Shown here piece by piece: positions 1 through 12,593 of a stretch of 64,000 nucleotides of DNA. The notes beneath the pieces were generated by a model. The model ran no database searches. It saw only the letters and a list, made by a program, of their open reading frames with translations, and was not told the DNA's origin. Numbering within the stretch: the first letter of the stretch is position 1; every line of letters starts with the position of its first letter. The DNA lies in the NCBI GenBank assembly GCA_040954595.2, contig CM082595.2, positions 7,670,317 to 7,734,316 of the forward strand, in the 5' to 3' direction. The stretch is from Balanoglossus misakiensis. Taxonomy: Eukaryota; Animalia; Hemichordata. Both the position numbers and the translations under genes were made by a program.

Positions 1-332
1 GCGTTTGGTGGAAACATCTCCCAATATTCTCAAAGTTGACATACATATTCCTTGGGATGACTTTGTTCAAATTAACAGCATAATATAGTCATGTATATAT
101 GGATTTGTAGTGTAATTTGATGCAGAAGACAAATCTAAGGTTATTTTGCCTTCCGACAAAATTTGACGGAAAAACCACAGAATTTGCAAATGCAAGGTGG
201 TTTATATTTAATAATTATAATTACCATGTGTCATTGGTTTACATTCCAGTGATACCATTGTATAAATATATACACAGCTGTTTTGACATTGGTTAAAAAG
301 CTTCTATAGACTTACAGAGAGTCTGCAGTCTA

Positions 333-1296
333 CAGGGCTCAACATAATTTTTTTTCAACCACCTACCCACCTGACAATTCAAAATAAAAAGTACTAAACT
401 ATCCCAGTCAGAAAAATACCTGTCCAAAAATTGCATCATTTATACTTAGAAATTATACATATTTCAATTCACCTGAGATATACTGTCCAAAGAAATTGAA
501 TAAGGTCATTTAATTCTTTTGATAGGAAAGCAACCATATTTAATAGTCTAAATTTTGGTGTGTGCTGACAGTTTTATCCTAAGCCTTCTGGGTGACATAC
601 CTGTTTAGGGTGTCAAGTCCCTTAAAATACGGATTTGCCACTTTTTCTACTAAAACATATTTTGACTGTCTTGACATGGCTCTCATACGTACTAAGACAC
701 ACTTGGCAGTCTGAGCCCCATGTAAAATGTACCAAATCACACTGGTTTGCACTTTATTGGTCTGAGGGTCTTGTATAGGCCCTACTGAGTAACACGCACT
801 TGGCAGTCTAACAGGCCTGGGAGCCAGGATTCTAGACACCCTGGAAATCAAACCAGTTTCAACTGACTTGGCAGCGTTAGGGTTAGCATCAGCCTCAGCT
901 TCCTGTGACTGCTTACTGTCATCACTATTCCCACTTGAGTTTTTGGGCAAATCTTTGTCACAGTTTGATTTTCTGATGTCACTTTCAGCTGAAGTTTCAG
1001 TTTGATTTGAGGTTTTTGTTTGAACACAACGAGTGAATCCAGGAAAATTCAACAAACTCATCTTGACATCGTTTTTCATATGCAAAATGACCCCTGTAGT
1101 ATAGGGTAACAGCGCCCTCATTGTCAAGAGCTGGCTCTGAGATCTCCCAATTCAAGAGATTTCTGACGTGACCTTAGATAAATCAATAGGGCTGCCTCCT
1201 ATGAGCAGGACAAGTAGTTTTCAAAAACACTTGTCGGAAGCAAAAATGCACTACTCCAGAACAAGCAGACAGGTACATGTGTTATTTTGAACCCTG
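333..1296. mobile_element. Possible non-autonomous hAT-like DNA transposon
   Basis: Imperfect 15-bp terminal inverted repeats: CAGGGCTCAACATAA (333) and TTATTTTGAACCCTG (ending 1296). CAGGG termini are typical of hAT elements. No clean 8-bp TSD. Confidence 0.4.
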
Positions 1297-1914
1297 TTTT
1301 TTAGTCTAACATTATAAACTTGTGTTGTTGTTTATTCTGTTGAATTATAAATGATGAGGTGGTACTTAATTTGCTAACCCAGACTGGCCTGGTGTTAGCT
1401 CAGGGCTAGTTCTTTGTTTGTGTAGTCTTATATTGTTAGCTGTGCTGAAGGGTGATTGGCGAGTTCACTGTTTTCATTTACAGCCAAACTCAATAGTCTC
1501 ACACCTGTGTGACAATTGAAGAATTCTCTTCTGCCGACCATACAATTTTTATTCACATAAACAATGCATTATCAGTGACTCACAGTCATTCACAAAGTAC
1601 ACGAAGACAAGAAAACTTGAAGGGGACAGTAATGGGGAAAAAGAGATGTGCAGAGAGTGTAAATCTGAAGTGGACACTGGGATATCTTTAATATAGTGGC
1701 CTTGCCCTCTTAAATGTTCCTGCTGGAGAATGCTGAACACAGACAATTATTTGCTGCCATCAAGCTTTCAGCAGACAACTACAAATTGAGGTTAGAATTT
1801 GAGATTAATCCCACGTTTTCATATTTTGTATGCACACAGAGATGAAGCAATACAAGAGAGTGAATTGAAGACGGAATCTGAAACAGATGAGACTTGACAT
1901 TTAACCATTGAAGA

Positions 1915-2140
1915 CTGCAACCTGGAATGGACAAGTGACCATCAAACCTGGTGGATGTGGAATGAATGAGTGAACATCCAACCTGTGGATCTGGAATAGA
2001 AGAGTGACCATCAAACCTGTGGACCTAGAATAGGCAATTGAGCATCAATTCTGTGGACCTGGAATGGACAAGTGATCATGAAACTTTTGGACGTGGAATA
2101 GACTAGTGACCATCAAACCTTGTGGATCTGGAATGGACGA
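1915..2140. repeat. Degenerate ~33-34-bp minisatellite, about 7 copies
   Basis: Recurring TGTGGA(T/C)CTGGAAT(A/G)GACAAGTGACCATCAAACC. Confidence 0.75.
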
Positions 2141-2484
2141 GTAGGCACAAAACAGGGGAAGTATTATTTAATTATTTAATCATTTTATAGTTGTATTTAT
2201 AGTAATTTATCCAGTTGTTAATAGGGTGGATCTAAGAGGAATTTATCATGCAAAAGGAAACCTCATAAGTGAAACTGTAAGTAAAAATAGTAATCTGACT
2301 TGGAGCATTATAAGGAAGGAAAGAAAACGGTGTGTGGGGGGGGGGGGGACTGTCTAATTCATTTTGGCAGCTGGTGTATGTCTGCAAATTCTGCAAACAC
2401 TTTTTTTATTAATGAAATCATATTTCATCAATGTTGAATATTGTATAGCCAATTATTGGTCAAACTAGCTCGTATGTATGGAGC

Positions 2485-2845
2485 TAAACAATTGGAAATA
2501 ATAGTAGGAAACCCACAGGTTTAAAACCTTGCGACATATAGGGCTTTCTAGTGATTTTAGAGTGTATCTAATAGTAATTATATAAAACAGTTAGAAATAA
2601 TCAAAACCACAAGTTTGAAACCTCGAGATAGGACTTTCTAATGATTAATTACACTATATTTAATACAAAACAGTAAGATGACCAAAAACCACAAGTTTAA
2701 AACTTTGACTTATAGGTATTTTAGTATAGGATTTTAGTACACTGCATCTCATGCAAAACAGTTAGAAATAACCAAAACCAACAGTTTAAAACCTGGAGAC
2801 ATGTAGGTCTTTCTAATGATTCAAGTGCATGCATCTAATAATACA
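2485..2845. repeat. Degenerate ~85-95-bp tandem repeat, about 4 copies
   Basis: Recurring AAACAGTTAGAAATAA..AAAACCACAAGTTTAAAACC...TAGG..TTTCTAATGATT. Confidence 0.6.
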
Positions 2846-3397
2846 TAAATGAAAATCTGAATTGGTACATTTTGTTAATAATACAAAAAATGAATAGACT
2901 TCAATTAAGTGACTGAAATAAAAAAAACATCATGATATTCCATTTTATAAATCATGCTTTCATATTATGATTTGTGTAACTTGTCTTAAAATGAAGAAAG
3001 TGATAGTAAGTTACTGCTTTATTGTTGCCAGCTGGAATAACCTTTAATAAAGAGTCCAGTTTTGCTTTCAACATATCTGCTCGCGTTTACTTTGATTATT
3101 TCTCGCTGCTGAGTAGCGCGCGGTTCAATGACACATCTACAAAAAATATGCAAATAAACTTTTGTACAAAGCAACATTTTATTGTTCACATGACACACAC
3201 ATCCACTTGTAAATCACAATGCTTAAACTTGAGTGTTCACATGGAAACGATTGTACCCCATATGTAATGTAGTTCTGTAATGATGTTGGTAATTACTGTG
3301 AGTGCACCACAGTAAACATGTAGAATACATGTATGTAAACTTTGCAACCCAGTATACTGGTCACTGCTGGGTGACAACGACGATGACAACGACCGTT

Positions 3398-4029
<632 letters not shown>

Positions 4030-4397
4030 GCATTCTCGCAAGCCAGAGCCGACCGTGTTTCCGCTCCGCGGAGCTACGCAAAAAACGGGCTCTGGCAGAT
4101 TACAGTAGGGAACCCCGGAATTTAGGACGTAGACTAATGAATTATTCATGAGAAACGACATTGGAATTAGCCAATCAGTAGTCGTTTTATCGCGAGCTCT
4201 TCGGCTGCTGTCAGCTTTAAATCCGCCATTTTGCACTGTCATTTAAATAAGTTATGCAGTTTTATGAGACGGGCTCTCTGATTGGTTCCTTTGTCTGGCT
4301 GCTGGAACTGACGCTGGGATCCGCGAAAACCTTCCAAATCCACCACGGCCTGTTGGCGGTAGCGCGTAGCAGTTGCCGTAAACAGGTCGTGGTTTTA

Positions 4398-4652
4398 CGA
4401 CGATGGTGGTGGTGTTGATGATGTTGATGTTGATGGTGGTGGTGATGATGATGACAATGTGATGATGTTGACAATGATGATGATGATGGTGGTGATGATG
4501 ATGATGATTTTGGTGGTGATGATGGTGGTGATGGTGATGATGATGGTGGTGATGGTGATCTTGGTTATAATAATGATGATGATGGTGATGGTGATTTTGG
4601 TTATAATGAAAATGATAATGGTGATTTTGGTTATAACGATGACAGTGATGAT
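4398..4652. repeat. Degenerate (GAT/GGT)n microsatellite
   Basis: Directly visible. It shares the GGTGGTGTTGATGATGTTGATGTTGATGGT block with the 3398-4029 tract. Confidence 0.9.
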
Positions 4653-5415
4653 AAGGAGCAAGGAAGACGGAAACGTCTGATCCTCCTATGTACAGAAATT
4701 TGAATATTACATTCCACACTGTGCTGTCCACAGACACACACACACACACTAGTACCGGTACATGTACACCATACACTGTTATCTGTCTGTCCGTTCAAAG
4801 TGGCAACATTACTATGAAACTGTTCAGGGAGTGAAGCATTGTTTTATGACATTCAGCTTGTACTGCTACAAACCTTGTGATCTGAGCTGCATTGCTGCTG
4901 TGCGCGTTTTTATATCACGCTGACTTATGATATTGTTGTGTTTGGCCGTGTAACTATTTTGAACTACAAGTACATTTGGAATACACTTAGGGATGACTTT
5001 TGAGTAATGCACACACATTCATTTTTGAAAAACATTCATGTTTATATACCAATTTAAAACGCATCATTATTGCTTTATTAGTAATAGAGTTCTACATTTA
5101 ATGACTTCTGATATGTGTTTTTTATAGGTCTTGTGGCTGTTTTGGTTGTGAATATTGTGTTTCCCTTGGATAATTAACTCTTAACTTATAGTGTATTAAT
5201 TGTTCAAAGTTTCTATTCTTTGCAGAATTCCTGATGGTTTCCCAGGATATCTAATCATATCTAATTATAACATGCATGATATTGTGATTGGATTACAGCT
5301 ATTATTGAAATGCAACATCAGATATTTTGTGTGATAAGTGTTTTCTGATGACGTATTCTACATGCAACACAAGTACCGTCCACTCACACAATACATTTTA
5401 ACCAACACGTGTTAT

Positions 5416-7478
5416 GTTAAAACCTGCAAAACCTGATCTTTCATACACACAATACTTTCAAAATGGGATCTGATTCACACACACAATAATATATACCTGT
5501 AGGTGAAATCTCAGTGAAAATGTGGTGGACTAGAGGCTGATGTATGCAAAGTGATACGTTGCCTAACTTATACAAGTTAAAACCTGCAAAACCTGATCTT
5601 TCATACACACAATGCTTTCAAAATGGGATCTGATTCACACACACACTAATATATACCTGTAGGTGAAATCTCAGTGAAAATGTGGTGTACTAGAGGCTGA
5701 TGTATGCAAAGTGATACGTTGCCTAACTTATACAAGTTAAAACCTGCAAAACCTGATCTTTCATACACACAATACTTTCAAAATGGGATCTGATTCACAC
5801 ACACACTAATATATACCTGTAGGTGAAATCTCAGTGAAAATGTGGTGGACTAGAGGCTGATGTATGCAAAGTGATACGTTGCCTAACTTATACAAGTTAA
5901 AACCTGCAAAACCTGATCTTTCATACACACAATACTTTCAAAATGGGATCTGATTCACACACACACTAATATATACCTGTAGGTGAAATCTCAGTGAAAA
6001 TGTGGTGGACTAGAGGCTGATGTATGCAAAGTGATACGTTGCCTAACTTATACAAGTTAAAACCTGCAAAACCTGATCTTTCATACACAATACTTTCAAA
6101 ATGGGATCTGATTCACACACACAATAATATATACCTGTAGGTGAAATCTCAGTGAAAATGTGGTGGACTAGAGGCTGATGTATGCAAAGTGATACGTTGC
6201 CTAACTTATACAAGTTAAAACCTGCAAAACCTGATCTTTCATACACACAATGCTTTCAAAATGGGATCTGATTCACACACACACTAATATATACCTGTAG
6301 GTGAAATCTCAGTGAAAATGTGGTGGACTAGAGGCTGATGTATGCAAAGTGATACGTTGCCTAACTTATACAAGTTAAAACCTGCAAAACCTGATCTTTC
6401 ATACACAATACTTTCAAAATGGGATCTGATTCACACACACAATAATATATACCTGTAGGTGAAATCTCAGTGAAAATGTGGTGGACTAGAGGCTGATGTA
6501 TGCAAAGTGATACGTTGCCTAACTTATACAAGTTAAAACCTGCAAAACCTGATCTTTCATACACACAATGCTTTCAAAATGGGATCTGATTCACACACAC
6601 ACTAATATATACCTGTAGGTGAAATCTCAGTGAAAATGTGGTGGACTAGAGGCTGATGTATGCAAAGTGATACGTTGCCTAACTTATACAAGTTAAAACC
6701 TGCAAAACCTGATCTTTCATACACAATACTTTCAAAATGGGATCTGATTCACACACACAATAATATATACCTGTAGGTGAAATCTCAGTGAAAATGTGGT
6801 GGACTAGAGGCTGATGTATGCAAAGTGATACGTTGCCTAACTTATACAAGTTAAAACCTGCAAAACCTGATCTTTCATACACACAATGCTTTCAAAATGG
6901 GATCTGATTCACACACACACTAATATATACCTGTAGGTGAAATCTCAGTGAAAATGTGGTGGACTAGAGGCTGATGTATGCAAAGTGATACGTTGCCTAA
7001 CTTATACAAGTTAAAACCTGCAAAACCTGATCTTTCATACACAATACTTTCAAAATGGGATCTGATTCACACACACAATAATATATACCTGTAGGTGAAA
7101 TCTCAGTGAAAATGTGGTGGACTAGAGGCTGATGTATGCAAAGTGATACGTTGCCTAACTTATACAAGTTAAAACCTGCAAAACCTGATCTTTCATACAC
7201 ACAATACTTTCAAAATGGGATCTGATTCACACACACAATAATATATACCTGTAGGTGAAATCTCAGTGAAAATGTGGTGGACTAGAGGCTGATGTATGCA
7301 AAGTGATACGTTGCCTAACTTATACAAGTTAAAACCTGCAAAACCTGATCTTTCATACACACAATACTTTCAAAATGGGATCTGATTCACACACACAATA
7401 ATATATACCTGTAAGTGAAATCTCAGTGAAAATGTGGTGGACTAGAGGCTGATGTATGCAAAGTGATACGTTGCCTAA
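5416..7478. repeat. 160/158-bp tandem array, about 13 copies, with a 318-bp dimeric higher-order period
   Basis: Unit begins GTTAAAACCTGCAAAACCTGATC. Identical ORFs recur at 318-bp spacing (6043, 6361, 6679, 6997). Confidence 0.97.
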
Positions 7479-8622
7479 TATTAAGTGACTTGCCGGTACA
7501 TAAACAAGTTCAAACTACAGCCGGGAAACAAATATAGAGTACGCGTTATGTGCTTGGCATTGTAGAAGGATGTTGTAATTCTCACGTGATGCTTGCAATT
7601 TCATCATAGTTCTCACGTGATCCATTGGTGTGTTCAGCAAGTACTACCAGTAACAGATGCAAGTATGGCCATGGTTAAGTTGCAGAAGTGTACTTTAAAA
7701 CAGGTCAAGCTGGATTCTGAAATTATGAACTTTATGTAATTTAATTTCGTCGATTGAATTTTATTGCAATGTAATTTATAAATATGTGTAATACTAGATG
7801 CAGTGTCATGATGAGTTTGGAAGACAAACTTGTCTTGCAGATTTCTACTTTCAATTCAGTATTCAGTGATTGAAATTATTAAATTTGCATTAATTTGCAT
7901 ACTTGATTTTCACATTAAGAGATGTATGTGTAACATTAATTAGGTAAATTAGACTAAAAATGGTGGTCGTAATTATTAAATTTGCTACTTGTTAGAGATT
8001 TATCGGTAGCATTAGTAGGTTAAGTAGACTAATGAAAGTGATCATAATTAATAAATTTGCAGATTTGATGTTCACATTGTTAGAGATGTATGTATAATAT
8101 TGGTAGGTAAATTGGACCAATAATAGGTTATACAGATTAAGTCTTGCCCATTTTTATCAGACTGATTGAATTGTCAATAGACAAATGCAATAAAAGTGGG
8201 AAGCATTAACACATGTAATAACAATACACAATCAAATGGGAAGACAAAAATCTCAGTAATACAAGAGTATTATTTAAAATTTCTGTGTTTGCAGAGTTTG
8301 ATGACATTTAAATTTAGGGGCAGTAGTTACAAAGCTTTATGGTGATCCTAGGATGGTGGTGGTAAGTGTTTCGTGTGGCGGAACTGGGGGGGGGGGATAA
8401 GTTGTTTCTGCATATTGTGTGACAAGCATGAATTTCGGGTGTTGGCGAGTGTTTTAACTGGATTCTACCAATTTTTCGGCCTGAATAACTTTATTAGAGC
8501 AAGGCAAAAGATACAAGAACGGGGTGAAGTTATGTGTGAGGAGTAACTATTTATTGGAGTAGAAAATGTTTAAAGTAACCAACTCCATTTACCGTACAAT
8601 TATTATTGTTTGTTAGTTGCAG

Positions 8623-8718
8623 ATGTCAAGAAACTGAAGATGGAATATGTACCACCAGCCGAGAAGTTGACTAAAGCTACCCACCTGGAGATAATGGATA
8701 ATGCAACTATCATTCCAG
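8623..8718 (+). other. Putative isolated 96-bp exon (DVKKLKMEYVPPAEKLTKATHLEIMDNATIIP)
   Basis: TTGCAG acceptor, CAG|GTAATT donor, open phase-1 frame, length divisible by 3. No recognisable domain. Confidence 0.35.
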
Positions 8719-9006
8719 GTAATTGTGAGCGGAATCAAAATATTCTGCTTTACACATACATGGACATAGAATTTACACACAACCAACTACAGTACTGCCA
8801 CAAACTTTTCTGTATGAAATGTATGCAAATAAAGATATTGAGATCCAATACAGCCGATAAAATTAAAACCATACATGTATTGGATTCATTTCCAACTTCA
8901 ATGAATAAATGCTGAAGACTAAAAAAGTAAAGTAATTATATCCTGTAAAACCATATTTAGAATAGACATGTATTAGTTTACATTGATTGCACAGGTCAAG
9001 GAACTT

Positions 9007-12000
9007 AAGATGATGGCCACCAGCTGAGATCCTGCAAAGATGCTTGTGCCTGAATGATGCCTGGATGAGAATGCAAGCCCACAGTGGATGCCTGGATGCC
9101 AAGATGATGTCCACCAGCTGAGATCCTGCAGAGATGCTTGTGCCTGAATGATGCCTGGATGAGAATGCAAGCCCTCAACAGGTGCCTGGATGCCAAGATG
9201 ATGTCCACCAGCTGAGATCCTGCAGAGATGCTTGTGCCTGAATGATGCCTGGATGAGAATGCAAGCCCTCAACAGGTGCCTGGATGCCAAGATGATGTCC
9301 ACCAGCTGAGATCCTGCAGAGATGCTTGTGCCTGAATGATGCCTGGATGAGAATGCAAGCCCACAGTGGATGCCTGGATGCCAAGATGATGTCCACCAGC
9401 TGAGATCCTGCAGAGTTGCTTGTGCCTGAATGATGCCTGGATGAGAATGCAAGCCCACAGTGGATGCCTGGATGCCAAGATGATGTCCACCAGCTGAGAT
9501 CCTGCAGAGATGCTTGTGCCTGAATGATGCCTGGATGAGAATGCAAGCCCACAGTGGATGCCTGGATGCCAAGATGATGTCCACCAGCTGAGATCCTGCA
9601 GAGATGCTTGTGCCTGAATGATGCCTGGATGAGAATGCAAGCCCTCAACAGGTGCCTGGATGCCAAGATGATGTCCACCAGCTGAGATCCTGCAGAGATG
9701 CTTGTGCCTGAATGATGCCTGGATGAGAATGCAAGCCCTCAACAGGTGCCTGGATGCCAAGATGATGTCCACCAGCTGAGATCCTGCACAGATGCTTGTG
9801 CCTGAATGATGCCTGGATGAGAATGCAAGCCCACAGTGGATGCCTGGATGCCAAGATGATGTCCACCAGCTGAGATCCTGCAGAGTTGCTTGTGCCTGAA
9901 TGATGCCTGGATGAGAATGCAAGCCCACAGTGGATGCCTGGATGCCAAGATGATGTCCACCAGCTGAGATCCTGCAGAGATGCTTGTGCCTGAATGATGC
10001 CTGGATGAGAATGCAAGCCCTCAACAGGTGCCTGGATGCCAAGATGATGTCCACCAGCTGAGATCCTGCAGAGATGCTTGTGCCTGAATGATGCCTGGAT
10101 GAGGATGCAAGCCCACAGTGGATGCCTGGATGCCAAGATGATGTCCACCAGCTGAGATCCTGCAGAGTTGCTTGTGCCTGAATGATGCCTGGATGAGAAT
10201 GCAAGCCCTCAACAGGTGCCTGGATGCCAAGATGATGTCCACCAGCTGAGATCCTGCAGAGATGCTTGTGCCTGAATGATGCCTGGATGAGAATGCAAGC
10301 CCACAGTGGATGCCTGGATGCCAAGATGATGTCCACCAGCTGAGATCCTGCAGAGATGCTTGTGCCTGAATGATGCCTGGATGAGAATGCAAGCCCTCAA
10401 CAGGTGCCTGGATGCCAAGATGATGTCCACCAGCTGAGATCCTGCAGAGTTGCTTGTGCCTGAATGATGCCTGGATGAGAATGCAAGCCCACAACAGGTG
10501 CCTGGATGCCAAGATGATGTCCACCAGCTGAGATCCTGCAGAGTTGCTTGTGCCTGAATGATGCCTGGATGAGAATGCAAGCCCACAACAGGTGCCTGGA
10601 TGCCAAGATGATGTCCACCAGCTGAGATCCTGCAAAGATGCTTGTGCCTGAATGATGCCTGGATGAGAATGCAAGCCCACAACAGGTGCCTGGATGCCAA
10701 GATGATGTCCACCAGCTGAGATCCTGCAAAGATGCTTGTGCCTGAATGATGCCTGGATGAGAATGCAAGCCCACAACAGGTGCCTGGATGCCAAGATGAT
10801 GTCCACCAGCTGAGATCCTGCAAAGATGCTTGTGCCTGAATGATGCCTGGATGAGAATGCAAGCCCACAACAGGTGCCTGGATGCCAAGATGATGTCCAC
10901 CAGCTGAGATCCTGCAAAGATGCTTGTGCCTGAATGATGCCTGGATGAGAATGCAAGCCCACAACAGGTGCCCGGATGCCAAGATGATGTCCACCAGCTG
11001 AGATCCTGCAAAGATGCTTGTGCCTGAATGATGCCTGGATGAGAATGCAAGCCCACAACAGGTGCCTGGATGCCAAGATGATGTCCACCAGCTGAGATCC
11101 TGCAGAGTTGCTTGTGCCTGAATGATGCCTGGATGAGAATGCAAGCCCTCAACAGGTGCCTGGATGCCAAGATGATGTCCACCAGCTGAGATCCTGCAGA
11201 GATGCTTGTGCCTGAATGATGCCTGGATGAGAATGCAAGCCCACAGTGGATGCCTGGATGCCAAGATGATGTCCACCAGCTGAGATCCTGCAGAGATGCT
11301 TGTGCCTGAATGATGCCTGGATGAGAATGCAAGCCCACAGTGGATGCCTGGATGCCAAGATGATGTCCACCAGCTGAGATCCTGCAGAGATGCTTGTGCC
11401 TGAATGATGCCTGGATGAGAATGCAAGCCCACAACAGGTGCCTGGATGCCAAGATGATGTCCACCAGCTGAGATCCTGCAGAGATGCTTGTGCCTGAATG
11501 ATGCCTGGATGAGAATGCAAGCCCACAACAGGTGCCTGGATGCCAAGATGATGTCCACCAGCTGAGATCCTGCAGAGATGCTTGTGCCTGAATGATGCCT
11601 GGATGAGAATGCAAGCCCACAGTGGTTGCCTGGATGCCAAGATGATGTCCACCAGCTGAGATCCTGCAGAGATGCTTGTGCCTGAATGATGCCTGGATGA
11701 GAATGCAAGCCCACAGCGGATGCCTTGATGCCAAGATGTTGTCCACCAGCTGAGATCCTGCAGAGATGCTTGTGCCTGAATGATGCCTGGATGAGAATGC
11801 AAGCCCACAACAGGTGCCTGGATGCCAAGATGATGTCCACCAGCTGAGATCCTGCAGAGATGCTTGTGCCTGAATGATGCCTGGATGAGAATGCAAGCCC
11901 ACAGCGGATGCCTTGATGCCAAGATGTTGTCCACCAGCTGAGATCCTGCAGAGATGCTTGTGCCTGAATGATGCCTGGATGAGAATGCAAGCCCACAACA

Positions 12001-12200
12001 GGTGCCTGGATGCCAAGATGATGTCCACCAGCTGAGATCCTGCAAAGATGCTTGTGCCTGAATGATGCCTGGATGAGAATGCAAGCCCACAACAGGTGCC
12101 TGGATGCCAAGATGATGTCCACCAGCTGAGATCCTGCAGAGATGCTTGTGCCTGAATGATGCCTGGATGAGAATGCAAGCCCACAACAGATGCCTGGATG
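9007..12200. repeat. 94-bp minisatellite, about 34 copies
   Basis: Unit AAGATGATGTCCACCAGCTGAGATCCTGCAGAGATGCTTGTGCCTGAATGATGCCTGGATGAGAATGCAAGCCC[ACAGTGGA/TCAACAGG/ACAACAGG]TGCCTGGATGCC. Confidence 0.98.
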
Positions 12201-12593
12201 GCATTTCAGAAAAAAAGAAGCAACTTCGAAAGGTAGAGAATGCATTATATTGATTTTAGTGTAGGTATATTGTTTGAAGCAAGCCATGCAACCACACCAC
12301 ACACACACAACACACACATATATACATACACACAACCCCTAGAAAGTTGTTTTTGCATATGGCCAATTTTCTTGAATATTTCCAATGTGATCCTATGACC
12401 TGAGCTAAACCACTGAGGAACTGACCCAACATGACCCTAATTTGCATAATAAATTGCACTAATATGCCCAATGAACAACTGTTTCTGGTTGGGTAGTTTC
12501 TACCATGCCACATCACTACTGACAATAAAAAAGCCTTGGTCGAAACTTGAATTTTTGTCAAATCTTAGGAATCATTTGAAATAGTAATAACAC

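Noticed and set aside
579-1127. 182-aa minus-strand ORF
   Set aside because: No recognisable domain, low-complexity Ser-rich middle, and it lies inside a putative non-autonomous element.
9007-12200. CRISPR-like repeat/spacer interpretation of the arrays
   Set aside because: No unique spacers (only a few recurring variants), no cas genes, and a eukaryotic context.
8863-12335. Long repetitive ORFs up to 708 aa
   Set aside because: The unit is 94 bp (not a multiple of 3) and all three frames give the same peptide, so this is a minisatellite artefact.
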